A stretch of 64,000 bases of DNA from contig OX597817.1 in assembly GCA_951406725.2 (NCBI GenBank), positions 79,670,001 through 79,734,000 of the forward strand, given 5' to 3'. The notes under the pieces were generated by a model, which searched no databases, had not been told where the DNA came from, and worked only from the letters and a program-made list of their open reading frames with translations. Below, piece after piece: positions 41,483 to 54,851 of the stretch (its first letter is position 1; every line of letters starts with the position of its first letter). A program made the position numbers and the translations under genes. Source of the DNA: Octopus vulgaris (lineage: Eukaryota).

Positions 41483-42103
41483 AGGCAGCGAGTTGGCAGA
41501 ATCGTTAGCACGCTGGACGAAATGCTTAGCAGTATTTCGCCCGACGCTACGTTCTGAGTTCAAATTCCGCCGAGGTCGACTTTGCCTTTCATCCTTTCGG
41601 GGTCGATAAATTAAGTACCAGCTACGTAACTGGGGTCGATGTAATCGACTTGATCCCTTCTCGTAAATTTGAGGCTTTGTGCCGATAGTAGAAAGTATTA
41701 TTATTATTAAGTCGGCGAGTTGGCAGAAACGTTAGCACGCCGGGCGAAATGCGTAGCCGTATTTCGTCTGCCGTTACATTCTGAGTTCAAATTCCACCGA
41801 GGTCGACTTTGCCTTTCATCCTTTCGGGGTCGATAAATTAAGTACCAGTTACGCACTGGGGTCGATATAATCGACTTAATCCGTTTGTCTGTCCTTGTTT
41901 GTCCGCTCTGTGTGAAGCCCCTTATGGGCAGCAAAGAAATAGGTCTTTCGTCCGTCTTTACATTCTGAGTCCAAATAGTGCAACGGTTGACTCTGCCTTT
42001 CATCCCTTCGAAGTTGTTTAAATATGTACAGTTACACACTGGAGTTGATGTAATCGACTTATCTCCTCCCGGAAATTGCTGGCCTTGTATCAAAATTTGA
42101 AAT
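41483..42103 (+). mobile_element. Tandem SINE family A cluster: monomer (41483-41697) + composite (41709-42103)
   Basis: Three bodies; T1 junction AAAGAAAT|AGGTCTTTCG at 41940. Confidence 0.88.
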
Positions 42104-42130
42104 CATTATTAATATTATTATTATTATTAT

Positions 42131-42183
<53 letters not shown>

Positions 42184-43037
42184 TAGTAGATGCAGGAGAA
42201 GGAGGGGTATGGGTAGAATGTATTGTATTTATATTTGCGTCAGTTTTATACATGCTCTGTGTTCAGATCCTACGGAAGTCAACATTGCTTTCCATCCTTT
42301 CATAAGTGATAAGTCAAACAAAAACAAAAGAAATGGGGCTGATTCTTGTTTTTCATTGTCTTTTCTTTATTTTATCTTCCCCTCCTCCTTGATCTCCTTC
42401 TTCTTTTTCTCGTCCTCTCCCCATCTCCCTTTCTTTCATTCCATAACTCTCCCTCTTCTCCCACTCACTGATTCAATTTCCTCAGCCACGAAAGACGATG
42501 TCTACTAAACCGTCTCCTGAATGAAGTTAACAAGAAACACCTTTGTATTCTCCTACGAAAATTCATTCACAAATACAATGCGTCTGTCCAGGAAGTCACC
42601 TTGAGGTCGTTCGCTGACCTTGTGGCACAAAGAAGGAAGGAAGTATTATCTCTTATGCTAATGCTACAATTACTGTTGCGTTTATTTCATTCATGTGCGG
42701 TGTGTAGGGTACGTTTAATTGTTGATTCAAACACACTGGGATGAATGACAATTACAAAGCAGCCAGGTTCGAAAGGAGGAGGAGGAGGAGGAGGAGTGGT
42801 CAGGATGTGATTCATATTGTAATTGTTTTTAAACTTTACGATTAGCATGATTAACTCTTGATTAACATAACATTTCTTCCTAGATGAGGTGGAGGGATAA
42901 TCGTTGTTCTACTCTGCCTCTCAAAATCAGTAGCTTCTATTTTCACTCCACTTTCAAAATTATGTATATATGTATGATGAGTGTGTGTGCATGCGAGCAA
43001 ACGTGCGTAGTTATCTATATCTATATATGTATGTATA

Positions 43038-43090
<53 letters not shown>

Positions 43091-43156
43091 ATGTGTGTGT
43101 ATATTATTTATTTTATATTTATATTTATATTTATTATAACTTAACATTTGTACTTT

Positions 43157-43285
43157 ATAATCTCTGACAAAGCGTAGAGATATATACAAGTACCTCATAT
43201 TCATTTACCTATTACCTCAATCCACTTGAGTAATAAAGGTAGAATGAGGTATTTTTATCTATTGGCTGAAACAGCTGTAAGTTAT
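43157..43285 (+). ncRNA. Hammerhead motif with long helix II and one core substitution
   Basis: ATAATCT-CTGACAAA-(~95-nt hairpin)-GAAAC AGCT GTA-AGTTAT. Confidence 0.55.
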
Positions 43286-43584
43286 TTTACAAATTTATAT
43301 CCATGTTTTTATAATAATTACTGATATATATTACTGATATATAATTACTGATATATATTACTATGTTTTATATCTTTTTCTTATATGTAAAGAATAATAT
43401 GTTATATGTGTGTATGTTATTGTAATTATCAGTTTAGTAAATAAATAAGTTAACATAATTTAATGTCTAAAAGTTGATGAACCACCTATTGTTCTCCTCT
43501 ATTTTCTTATTTGCTATATATATATATTCGTAAGGAGATAAAAAACCAAGGCTGTGTAGATTTTAGAACATTTATAGATAGATG

Positions 43585-43632
43585 GTCTTGCAGCTGTTTC
43601 CTGGATATCTAATATATCCCTTCGTCGAAGAC
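43585..43632 (-). ncRNA. Degenerate hammerhead motif
   Basis: GTCT-TCGACGAA-gGGATAT attag ATATCCag-GAAAC AGCT GCA-AGAC. Confidence 0.5.
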
Positions 43633-43996
43633 GGTGTGAGAGGGTGGTTAAGTAAAAGTTAATTAAGATAAGATACAAAATAGAGAGTGAGGTGGAGGAA
43701 AGAAAATAGATGAGATATATGTAGGGATAATGTATTTGTAGATATATTTCTTAGGAAAAATGGTATACATATAAGATTCCAATATGTTATGAGTAAAATC
43801 CAATAGTATTTAAAATTGCTCATTCCAAGTATAGTGTTATTGAATCAAGGGTTTTATTTATCTCAATGACGCCATTACCTCTCATAACCTATATACGCGC
43901 GCGTGTGTGTGTGTGTGTGTGTGTATGTGTGTGTGTGTGTGTGTGTGTGTACACAGAGAGAGATATTACTATGCATATATAGATTATTCATTAACA

Positions 43997-44357
43997 AGAT
44001 GGCGAGCTGGCAGAAACGTTAGCACGCCGAGCGAAATGCGTTAGGTTCTGAGTTCAAATTCCGCCGAGGTCGACTTTGCCTTTCATCCTTTCGGGGTTGA
44101 TAAATTCAGTACCAGTTAAGCACTGTGGTCGATATAATCGACTTAATCCGTCTGTCTGTCCTTGTTTGTCTCCTCTGTGTTTGGCCCCTTGTGGGTTGTA
44201 AAGAAAAAGGCATTTCGTCTGCCGCTACGTTCTGAGTTCAGATTCCGCCGCGGTCGACTTTACCTGTCATTCTTTCCGGATCAGCTGCATACTAGTGTCG
44301 ATCTAATCGACTGGCCCTCTCCCTAAAATTTCAGGCCTTGTGCCTAAAGTAGAAAAC
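43997..44357 (+). mobile_element. SINE family A composite
   Basis: Head-body-T1, then GGCATTTCGTCTG body-T2. Confidence 0.85.
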
Positions 44358-44717
44358 AATATATATTTCATTAAGAAGAACAGTATTGACAGTGGCTTTG
44401 AAGTTTCGGTCAGCTAAGATATCAAATTCTTAAAGATTGATAAATACACACTCCTACAAAAGTTTTGAGTAATCCTGCACTTTATGTAAAATTATTTTTA
44501 TTATAACATAAAAGCAAACATTACTGTATGTGGTCATTTCATCATACAGAAGCATTAATACCTATACATTTGTTTTTCTCTCCGTTCTCCTTTTTCTTTT
44601 TCTTTTTTTATTACGTTTTCACTCCGTGTTTTTCCTCTCAATAATTTCCTTCGAAGAGGGTACGTTTGAGATATGAAATACTTTTCCATTCTTCCGACTT
44701 TTGTTTCTGTAAATTTG

Positions 44718-46260
<1,543 letters not shown>

Positions 46261-46349
46261 TATTTATACTATAAAATTTGATTTAATCCTAAATCTAATT
46301 TTTCCCTGTAAGTTTGGATTTATTCCCTAATATTATTATTATTATATAT

Positions 46350-47063
46350 ATATGAATATATGAAAGAATGGAGTCGAACGAAAATGCTAACAAAATTCCT
46401 TTACTCTTGACATATGTTTCGAAGACATGTTTTCATTCCAAAGGAATTAAGGGTGCATTATGCAATCTTATCATCAGGAAAGAAAGGGGGCCTCTCTCGA
46501 CAACAAGACAAGGGTACGTTGTACTCATATAAATAATAACGTTAGTCACTGGGGTTTGAACCATTAGCTTTACATCCACCCCACTTCTATAGCGAAATTC
46601 TTTCCTAAGCCTTCGAACATTCTTTCAATCAACGTACCCTTCCCTCTCCACTTGTTCCCTACCTATTATTCCTTTAACCCTTCTCTTCCTACTATCTATC
46701 TTTGACGTCAATTCTTTTAACGGTTTTTTTAAAAAACACTCATTATCGTTTTGGTTACCATGTAGGCAGTCATCGAAATTTTTGATTGTCTTGTTGTCGA
46801 GAGAGGCTCCCTTTCTTTCCTGATGAGAAGATTGCATAATGCACCCTTTATTCCTTTGGAATGAAAACATGTTGTCTTCGAAACATATGTCGAGAGTAAA
46901 TGAATTTTGTTAACATCTTCGTTCGACTCCATTCTTTCATTTATTCATATACAACACACAAATTTTTGCACATGAATCCGGAGTTTCTACCCTTGGACAG
47001 GTCGCTTCAACCGTGTTTCTGACGTGAATTTGCTACTCAGGTTTCGGTTAAACGAATTTTCCA
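46350..47063. mobile_element. Inverted-repeat element family P (arms 46350-46511/46786-46951) with conserved 3' extension
   Basis: Shares GAATGGAGT.GAACG termini and CAACCGTG...TTTGCTAC.CAGGT.TCGGTTAAAC with 49933-50353 and 50985-51484. Confidence 0.8.
46816..46895 (+). ncRNA. Type I hammerhead ribozyme motif, canonical GUC site
   Basis: TTTC-CTGATGA-GAAGA...TCTTC-GAAAC ATAT GTC-GAGA; mirror copy at 46405-46481 (-). Confidence 0.8.
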
Positions 47064-47119
47064 TGCTGACGATAAACATAGGATAATTCATTCACCTATT
47101 TATATATATATATAATTAG

Positions 47120-47330
47120 AAAGTTTACGAAAATAAACAAAAGACGAAGGCAGGTGGAGTACAAACAAACAAATGTATTAGTATAGCGCTCAGGAATAGA
47201 AATAAAAAAAAGTCTTCTACGTTTCGAGCCTACGCTCTTCGACAGAAAGATATACAGAAAAAAACAAGGAGAGAAAAAAATGCGTGTAGGAGCTAACGAT
47301 CTATCATGGCGTCCTGACTACTAGCAGAGG
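47120..47330 (-). mobile_element. Solo PLE terminal repeat (same family as 13671-13880) with minimal hammerhead-like motif at 47214-47249
   Basis: CTTT-CTGTCGAA-GAGC gtag GCTC-GAAAC-GTA-GAAG; abuts (TA)n. Confidence 0.75.
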
Positions 47331-47448
47331 CACCCGGCGTTGCTCGGAAATGAAATTTTTCCTTATATATTGGAAGAAAAATGCAAAATATTTCGTTTTT
47401 GGATTTGGTTTGGAAGATTCTTTATATGAGTTCGTGTGCTGAAGCGTT

Positions 47449-47673
47449 TTCTGTTGTGTCTGGGGAGAGTCATTTTCTTTTTGTGCCTTATAATGTAACA
47501 CACTACCCGGTAAAATTTCCACTTATTTCTTATTTTTATTTTCCTAAAATTTTCGTTGCATCTTGAACGAAAATTTTAGGAAAATAAAAATAAGAAATAA
47601 GTGGAAATTTTATGGTGAGTGTGTTACATTATAAAGCACAAAAAGAAAATGACTCTCCCCAGACACAACAGAA
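47449..47673. repeat. Inverted repeat, ~108-bp arms, 7-nt spacer
   Basis: TTCTGTTGTGTCTGGGGAGAGTC...AATTTTCGTT / AACGAAAATT...GACTCTCCCCAGACACAACAGAA. Confidence 0.9.
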
Positions 47674-47776
47674 TACAAAATATATTGAATACAAATTATT
47701 CCAAATTCAATTTATTCTTCAATTGGGATACAATCTATTCTTCAATTGGGAAATCAATTCTGAATTCATAATGCAA

Positions 47777-47835
<59 letters not shown>

Positions 47836-47855
47836 TGATGATGATAATGATAGTG

Positions 47856-47886
<31 letters not shown>

Positions 47887-47899
47887 GAAGAAGAAGAAG

Positions 47900-47944
<45 letters not shown>

Positions 47945-47977
47945 AATAATAATAATAATAACAACAACAACAACAAC

Positions 47978-48076
<99 letters not shown>

Positions 48077-48092
48077 AAGAAGAATAATGATA

Positions 48093-48486
48093 ATAAAGAT
48101 CTGGAAATAGAAATCAGCAAAATGTGGAACCTGAAGACTAAAACAATACCTGTTGTCGTAGGTGCCCTGGGAATCATAGCAAAAGGGGCTGATTGCTACC
48201 TAACTCAGATACCAGGAAACCCCAAAATGGCAGAAATTCAAAAGATAGTGCTCATGGGAACTGCTCATATCCTACGCAAAATACATTCTTTGTAATCTCT
48301 AGTTTTAAAACAAACATAATTTTCGTATGTTTTTTTTAGGCATTCACTAGTACAACACTAAGTACAAAACCAAATATATGGCATCCTAGACATAACATCA
48401 ACATGAACTTCCAACTTGTTTCTCGTGAGGTCTCTGGGTGAGACTTGGAGCCAGCTTGTGCAAATGTAAAGCAAAAGTTAAACATA

Positions 48487-48488
<2 letters not shown>
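48093..48488 (+). mobile_element. R4/Dong-type LINE extreme 3' end inside an (AAT)n/(AAC)n/(AAG)n tract
   Basis: KDLEIEISKMWNLKTKTIPVVVGALG...IQKIVLMGTAHILRK; (AAT)n follows the UTR. Confidence 0.85.
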
Positions 48489-48540
<52 letters not shown>

Positions 48541-49104
48541 TAATAATAGTAAAAGGAAATACAAAATTTATCAAGTTTATGAAAGGAGATAAATTCTACC
48601 ACATATGTAGAAGGAAATTACGTAAGAACTTCTGGGTAAACAATAATCTTTATTTTCTGTCTTAGAGCATAGAAAAATAAGTGTTGCAAACTCCCTACCC
48701 TGGAGCAACCAACCTAAAGGTGGCTATGAGAAAAGGAAGCCAGTAGATTTCAAAGACTGATCTTGAGCTTTATTAATAGACATTGTAAAGCAAGGAATTG
48801 TGTTCGTTTGAACAAAAATGGCGTATCTATTGGTTTGATTGGAATTCTTAGAATGAAAGCTTCTTCCCCAGAGGCACATCCATAAGCTGAAAACCATAGG
48901 CAAATGCATAAATCCGAATTTTATAAGGCCTGAAGTTTTAAGGGCAGGAACAAGTTGAACACATCAACCTCAGTGTTCAGCTAGTACTTATTTTCTCCAT
49001 CAAGGATGAATGTCCTGTTTGACCTCAGTGAAATATGAACTCAGAATGTAATGACAGACAAACTGCCACTAAACATGTTGTTGATATGCTGCTAAGGATT
49101 AGCA

Positions 49105-49592
49105 AATCGATGACATCTCAGAATCGAGAAGGGAGGGTCAATATGCAATTGTCTTCCCAATAGCAACATATGGATGCGAGACCAGGACACTAAAGAAAGC
49201 TGACCAGAAGAGAAATAATGCATTCGAGCTTTGGTGTTGGAGAAGACTTTTACGGATTCCATGGACAGCGATGCTCACCAATGGAGAAGTTCTTAAGCAG
49301 ATCAGGCCGAAAATGTCGCTAGAAGCTAGGATCACCAAGCATAGATTGGCATATTTCGGTCATATTATGCGGAGAAAATCCCTGGAGAAGGACATCATGC
49401 TCGGAATGGTCAGTGGCAAGAGAGGAAGAGGCCGACCAAGAATCCGCTGGCTTCACACCATCAAGAGTGATACCGGAATGGACATAGCCAATCTGAAGGA
49501 AGCGGCCCAGGATAGAACTGACTGGAGGACACTGATCCAACGAGTAACCGAGAGTCGACTTCGACTGAGCGGATAGATAGATAGATAGATAG
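49105..49592 (+). mobile_element. RTE-clade (BovB-like) LINE 3' end with (TAGA)n tail
   Basis: VFPIATYGCE, AFELWCWRRLLRIPWTA, LAYFGHIMRR.SLEKDIMLG...GKRGRGRPRIRW, DRTDWR...VTESRLRL. Confidence 0.9.
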
Positions 49593-49610
49593 ACATGTAT
49601 ATATATACAT

Positions 49611-49797
49611 TTATAACAATAATTAAGGGTTTAGCAACAAGTTGCTTCACCACATGCCGAAAATTTAGAAATAGCAGCCAAAAGACCGTTATTTCTTTTT
49701 CCTACAAAAAAAGAAATAACGGTCTTTTGGCTGCTATTTCTAAATTTTCGGCATGTGGTGAAGCAACTTGTTGCTAAACCCTTAATTATTGTTATAA
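49611..49797. repeat. Perfect palindrome, ~89-bp arms
   Basis: TTATAACAATAATTAAGGG...GTTATTTCTTTTT cctacaa AAAAAGAAATAAC...CCCTTAATTATTGTTATAA. Confidence 0.95.
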
Positions 49798-49828
49798 TCA
49801 TACATAAAAAAAAACTTTCTGTATAAGC

Positions 49829-49875
49829 TTTTGCTGAATATGGTTCCTTTTCATACCGAAACTACTTGGTAAAAT
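49829..49875 (+). ncRNA. Degenerate hammerhead motif just downstream of the palindrome
   Basis: TTTTG-CTGAATA-tGGT...ACC-GAAAC TACTTG GTA-AAA (G8 changed to T). Confidence 0.45.
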
Positions 49876-49932
49876 TTATTAATTTATTAAATTAATAATT
49901 CTTTACCCTATATCTGTAATAATTTATATATA

Positions 49933-50353
49933 TATGAATAAATGAAAGAATGGAGTTGAACGACAAATTAACAAACTTCCTTTATTTTCGACATATGTTT
50001 CGAAGGCTGCATATTCCTAATTGTGAAGGAATAAGGAGTACATTATGCCGCTTTCTCATCAAGAAAAACAAGGAATTTATGTCAACATCAAGATTCACAA
50101 AACTTTTAGATGACTATAATGTACTCCTTATTCCTTCACAATTAGGAATATGCAGCCTTCGAACATATGTCGAAAATAAAGGAAGTTTGTTAATTTGTCG
50201 TTCAACTCCATTCTTTCATTTATTCATAAATTTTATAAAAATACAGACAAATTTCCACACGAAAACACGTAGTCTCTGCCCTAGGCACGTAACTTCAACC
50301 GTGTTATTTCTGATGTGAATTTGCTACCCAGGTATCGGTTAAACGAATTATCC
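49933..50353. mobile_element. Family P inverted-repeat element; hammerhead at 49985-50067 (-) with C3>T
   Basis: TTTTC-TTGATGA-GAAAGC...GCCTTC-GAAAC ATAT GTC-GAAAA; right arm truncated. Confidence 0.75.
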
Positions 50354-50984
50354 ATAAAAAGATATTTCATTTTTCTACTCAAATATATATATATATATTT
50401 ATATCGTGAAGTATATTTGCCACTTCAATGTGGCTAACCCATATGGGACGATGCTACTCTAGTTTATAGCCCCAGGAAGATATCTCCTCCAGCTGGCTAA
50501 CGACACACTGTCTGTGCCCGATCAGTATTTGCGAAGAAAAATCATCGTTCCCATTTCTAGCCTGACACACGGAACCGGGCTTCTGGGTATTAACCAGTTA
50601 TCAGCGTGTGACAATCACCGGTTAGAGATGAGAGGTGATTTCGCACGCAAAGACATATGCTTTTTCCAGTGACAAAACGTCGCTGATCCCGAAAAAAGAA
50701 AAACAAGCAATAATAAATCTCCGAACGAAATGTAGTAGCAGCAAGATGTATATGTATATGTATATACATACATGCATACATACATACATACATACACACA
50801 TACTTACATACATACATACATACTTACATACATACATTCATACACACATACACACACACATATATATATATATGCATATACATATATACATATATACATA
50901 CATACACATATATATATATATAAATTTATATACTCACACATATTTACGTATGTACATACATATATATATATATATATATATTAT

Positions 50985-51484
50985 TATTGAATGGAAGAAA
51001 TGGAGTTGAACGAAGATTGTACAGAATTCCTTTTATTACATTCTACACATGTTTCAAAGGCCACAAATTTCCAAATTCTGATTAAATAAGGGTACCATAT
51101 TGTGGCTTTCTCATCAGGAAAAAACAGGAATTCCGTTGACAGAACAAAACAGTTCAGCCATGGGCTCTTAAAGAGCCTCCTCGTTCGAATTGCTGCGCCT
51201 CTGTTCTGTTTTGTTCTGTCAACGGAATTCCTGTTTTTTCCTGATGAGAATGCCACAATATGGTACCCTTATTTAATCAGAATTTGGAAATTTGTGGCCT
51301 TTGAAACATGTGTAGAATGTAATAAAAGGAATTCTGTACAATCTTCGTTCAACTCCATTTCTTCCATTCAATGATAATATTAAACTTCAATTATCGCACC
51401 AACGCACGGTTGCAACACCAACTGGTCTTATCTCCAACCGTGTATTTTCTGCTGTGATTTTTGCTACCCAGGTATCGGTTAAAC
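50985..51484. mobile_element. Family P inverted-repeat element (arms 50985-51152/51206-51373, nearly identical)
   Basis: Mirror ORFs 50984-51256(-) and 51102-51374(+) in the track reflect the palindrome. Confidence 0.88.
51238..51317 (+). ncRNA. Type I hammerhead motif, intact core
   Basis: TTC-CTGATGA-GAAtGCCACA...TGTGGCcTTT-GAAAC ATGT GTA-GAA; mirror copy at 51041-51120 (-). Confidence 0.75.
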
Positions 51485-51524
51485 TTTTGAATAATCTGTA
51501 ACAAGAAAATTCATCTTTCTATTT

Positions 51525-51564
<40 letters not shown>

Positions 51565-51676
51565 TACATTCATATACACACACGCATATACGTATGTAGA
51601 TACATACATACACACATATGTATATATATATATCAAAATATATGCAATGAAGTTAATATTACAAATATACATAGAA

Positions 51677-51870
51677 AGATGAGCTGGCGGAATTCTTACC
51701 ACACCGCGAAAATGCTTAGCAGCATTTCGCCTGTCTTTAAGTTCTGAGCTTAAATGCTGCTGTGGTCAGCTTTGCCTTTCATCTTTTTAGGGTCGATAAA
51801 ATAAGTACATTATTAAGCCCCGAGGTCGATGTAATTGGCTTCAGCCCTCCTTCTAAATTGCTGTCCTTAC
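51677..51870 (+). mobile_element. SINE family A monomer, degenerate
   Basis: GAGCTGGCGGAA head, TTTGCCTTTCATC...GGGTCGATAAAATAAGTAC body. Confidence 0.7.
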
Positions 51871-51879
51871 ACATATATA

Positions 51880-52084
51880 CAAGGGGATGCTGAAAATTTC
51901 CTGTATCAAAGAGGATCGCGAAATACCTGGCTGAATTCTTTCACAGCACTTCAAAAAAAAAAAAAAAAAGAGACTGAAGGATCGCTGCAATAAAGGTGTG
52001 AATCAGAGAGAGGAGTGTATTTTATAAAATCATAATTGAGTGATCCTCCTGCATTTTCTTTTCTTTTCTTTTCAGCACCCCTCA
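51880..52084 (+). mobile_element. Mariner-derived MITE with TA at both flanks
   Basis: TIRs (TA)CAAGGGGATGCTGAAAA / TTTTCAGCACCCCTCA(TA); internal LKDRCNKGVNQR resembles a mariner transposase C-terminus. Confidence 0.65.
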
Positions 52085-52574
52085 TACAACAAAAGCTATA
52101 ACCAAATTAATACTAAAAATTTTATTATCATTTGAATGCCAGAGTGATCTTTCAGTCATTCTGCATAACGTCTACAGATTTCCTGCGCTTCAACTTTTCA
52201 TATGAAAACCATTATAACAACCAACGGTACCCTCATACAGCTTTGTTGACCCTCACCCATTTCTAGGAATCTAGATATTGAGCCAACAAGCTTTATACTG
52301 CTTGCCCCAAGCTCTATGCATAAAAAGTGGAGAGTAGTGTTTATAGAAATTATAAAGACCAGTTTGAGAAATAAGTGTTTTGTGAGGTGGTAAGATTATA
52401 TAATTTCATAGGCACATGCACTCTGGATTTAAGCATCAAGAGACTGCATGTTACAGCAGGACAATAAAAATGCATAGTATTTGAACTTGCATATCTACGA
52501 TGATATTCAGCAAGCACCTTCACACATCAATGATACATATGTATATATCTATATCTATATCCATATCTATCTGT

Positions 52575-52634
<60 letters not shown>

Positions 52635-52752
52635 ATGTATATCTGTGTATATGTAATATATTCATGCAAGTATGTATATCTATATATACACACACACACA
52701 CACATATATATATATTAAATATGTGCATATTTATGTATATATACGTATATTC

Positions 52753-52809
<57 letters not shown>

Positions 52810-52924
52810 TACAGACATTAACATGCGATATATTGACATGCGCACACGTACACTAATTTCTCATTGCATTTGCTCACATAAATATTCATGAATCGGTTAA
52901 TTGACTGAAAAGAGCTTCTTTAAG

Positions 52925-52967
<43 letters not shown>

Positions 52968-53100
52968 GCACATACATATATACATGTATATGTATATGTA
53001 TATGTAAATATATATGTATATATATTTATATGCCTATATATATGTATGTATTTATATACATACATACGTAATATATATATATATACACATGCATATATAT

Positions 53101-53150
<50 letters not shown>

Positions 53151-53851
53151 GCATATAGTTTTCTTGCTAAAATTCATGGAATACTTCTGCTAAATACTGC
53201 AGTCCCTTCTCTAAAAGCTACAGACAAATCCCTACACCCTCAAACTCACCCCCAACAAAAAGTGGAATGCCAGTGGGAAAAAAAGCCGGTAACCAGAACA
53301 AAAAATATCCTACCAGAAAAATAATATACATAGATCAGGACAGAAAACTTTAAAGTGAGAAGTGCAAGTGAGCGAGTGAGAGTGAGAGTGAAACTGAATG
53401 AGAGTAAGAGGGAGAGTGAAAGAGGAGCGAGTTACGGAAAATAATTAAATATATATATATATATATAACTTGTGAGTGTTTGCGTGCGCGCGCGCGTGTG
53501 TGTGTGTGTGTGTGTGTGTGCACGTGAATCTACGTGTTTGCTCGTGTCTGCTTGTACTTTCATAGTCTATTTCATTTCATTTTCATAGATAGCTATATAC
53601 ACATTCATACATATATACATACGCATACATACACATATATGCGTATAGTTACATCTGTATATAATATATAAATGCGTATGTATGTATGTATGTATGTACG
53701 TATGTATGTATAGATAGATCGATAGATAGACAGATATACATGTATATATACATATATACATATCTACATGCACACACATTTATATGTGTACATATATATC
53801 TATTCATGCTTCATATATGTAATTATATATATACGTACATATAATAATAGC

Positions 53852-53940
<89 letters not shown>

Positions 53941-54568
53941 CAACTACAACAACAACGACGATAAGAAAAACCATGGAAATTGTCGGACAAAACGAAAATA
54001 AAGTAATACGTTTTAAAAAAAAATGAGATGCATGACAAAGAAAAGACAGAAATATACATGTTAAATGATGTTTGTATTTGTGTCACTTTTTTTTTCTTTC
54101 CAGGGAAAAAAATAGAAAGAGAGAATAGGCGCAAGAGTTAATGTTGAAAAGTAATATAATATATTACTAATTAAACCGGTTTTTCCTTGCAAGCTTTCTT
54201 CGACCTACCTCAAGGGAAATGTTAATGAGAATAACATTGCACAAATGTATCTAAATTACTTGATGGGACAGTAATTTTACATAGGAGCCTTATTTCTAAT
54301 TTTCTGTTTTTCTATCTATCTTGCCTGTCTATGTATCTATGTAGTGGCCCTATCTATTTATCTATTTATCTGCAGCTCTGTATGTCTATCTATCGTTTTG
54401 CCATGCACCATCCACCTTTACATATAGCCCTCCATCCTCCACATTCTTCTCCTTTCTTATTCTTTGAAAGAAATCTATTTCTGTTCCCCTGCTAAAATTG
54501 TATTGTATCTTGCTTTCTATTCACTCCCTTTTGTGTATACACATGTATGTGCCCATATATGTATGTGC

Positions 54569-54633
<65 letters not shown>

Positions 54634-54820
54634 TATGCGTGCACTTATTTAATTAGCTATTTTGGGGTGGTATATCTTTTTCTTCTCAAGTTGCTTTATT
54701 TTCCATATTTTTGCAAGTTAATTATCTTGATAATTTTCTGAGGGTTTTTTAAAAGTATATTTTGTAATCATCAACAGCAGCAAGTTCATCCTCATCGTAA
54801 TTATCATCATCATCATCATC

Positions 54821-54851
<31 letters not shown>

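Noticed and set aside
44640-44700. Possible fourth copy of the CTGTCGAAGAGC hammerhead-like terminus
   Set aside because: Too degenerate: helix II and GAAAC are not preserved
50400-50740. Possible solo LTR
   Set aside because: No clear TG...CA ends, target-site duplication or second copy in the window
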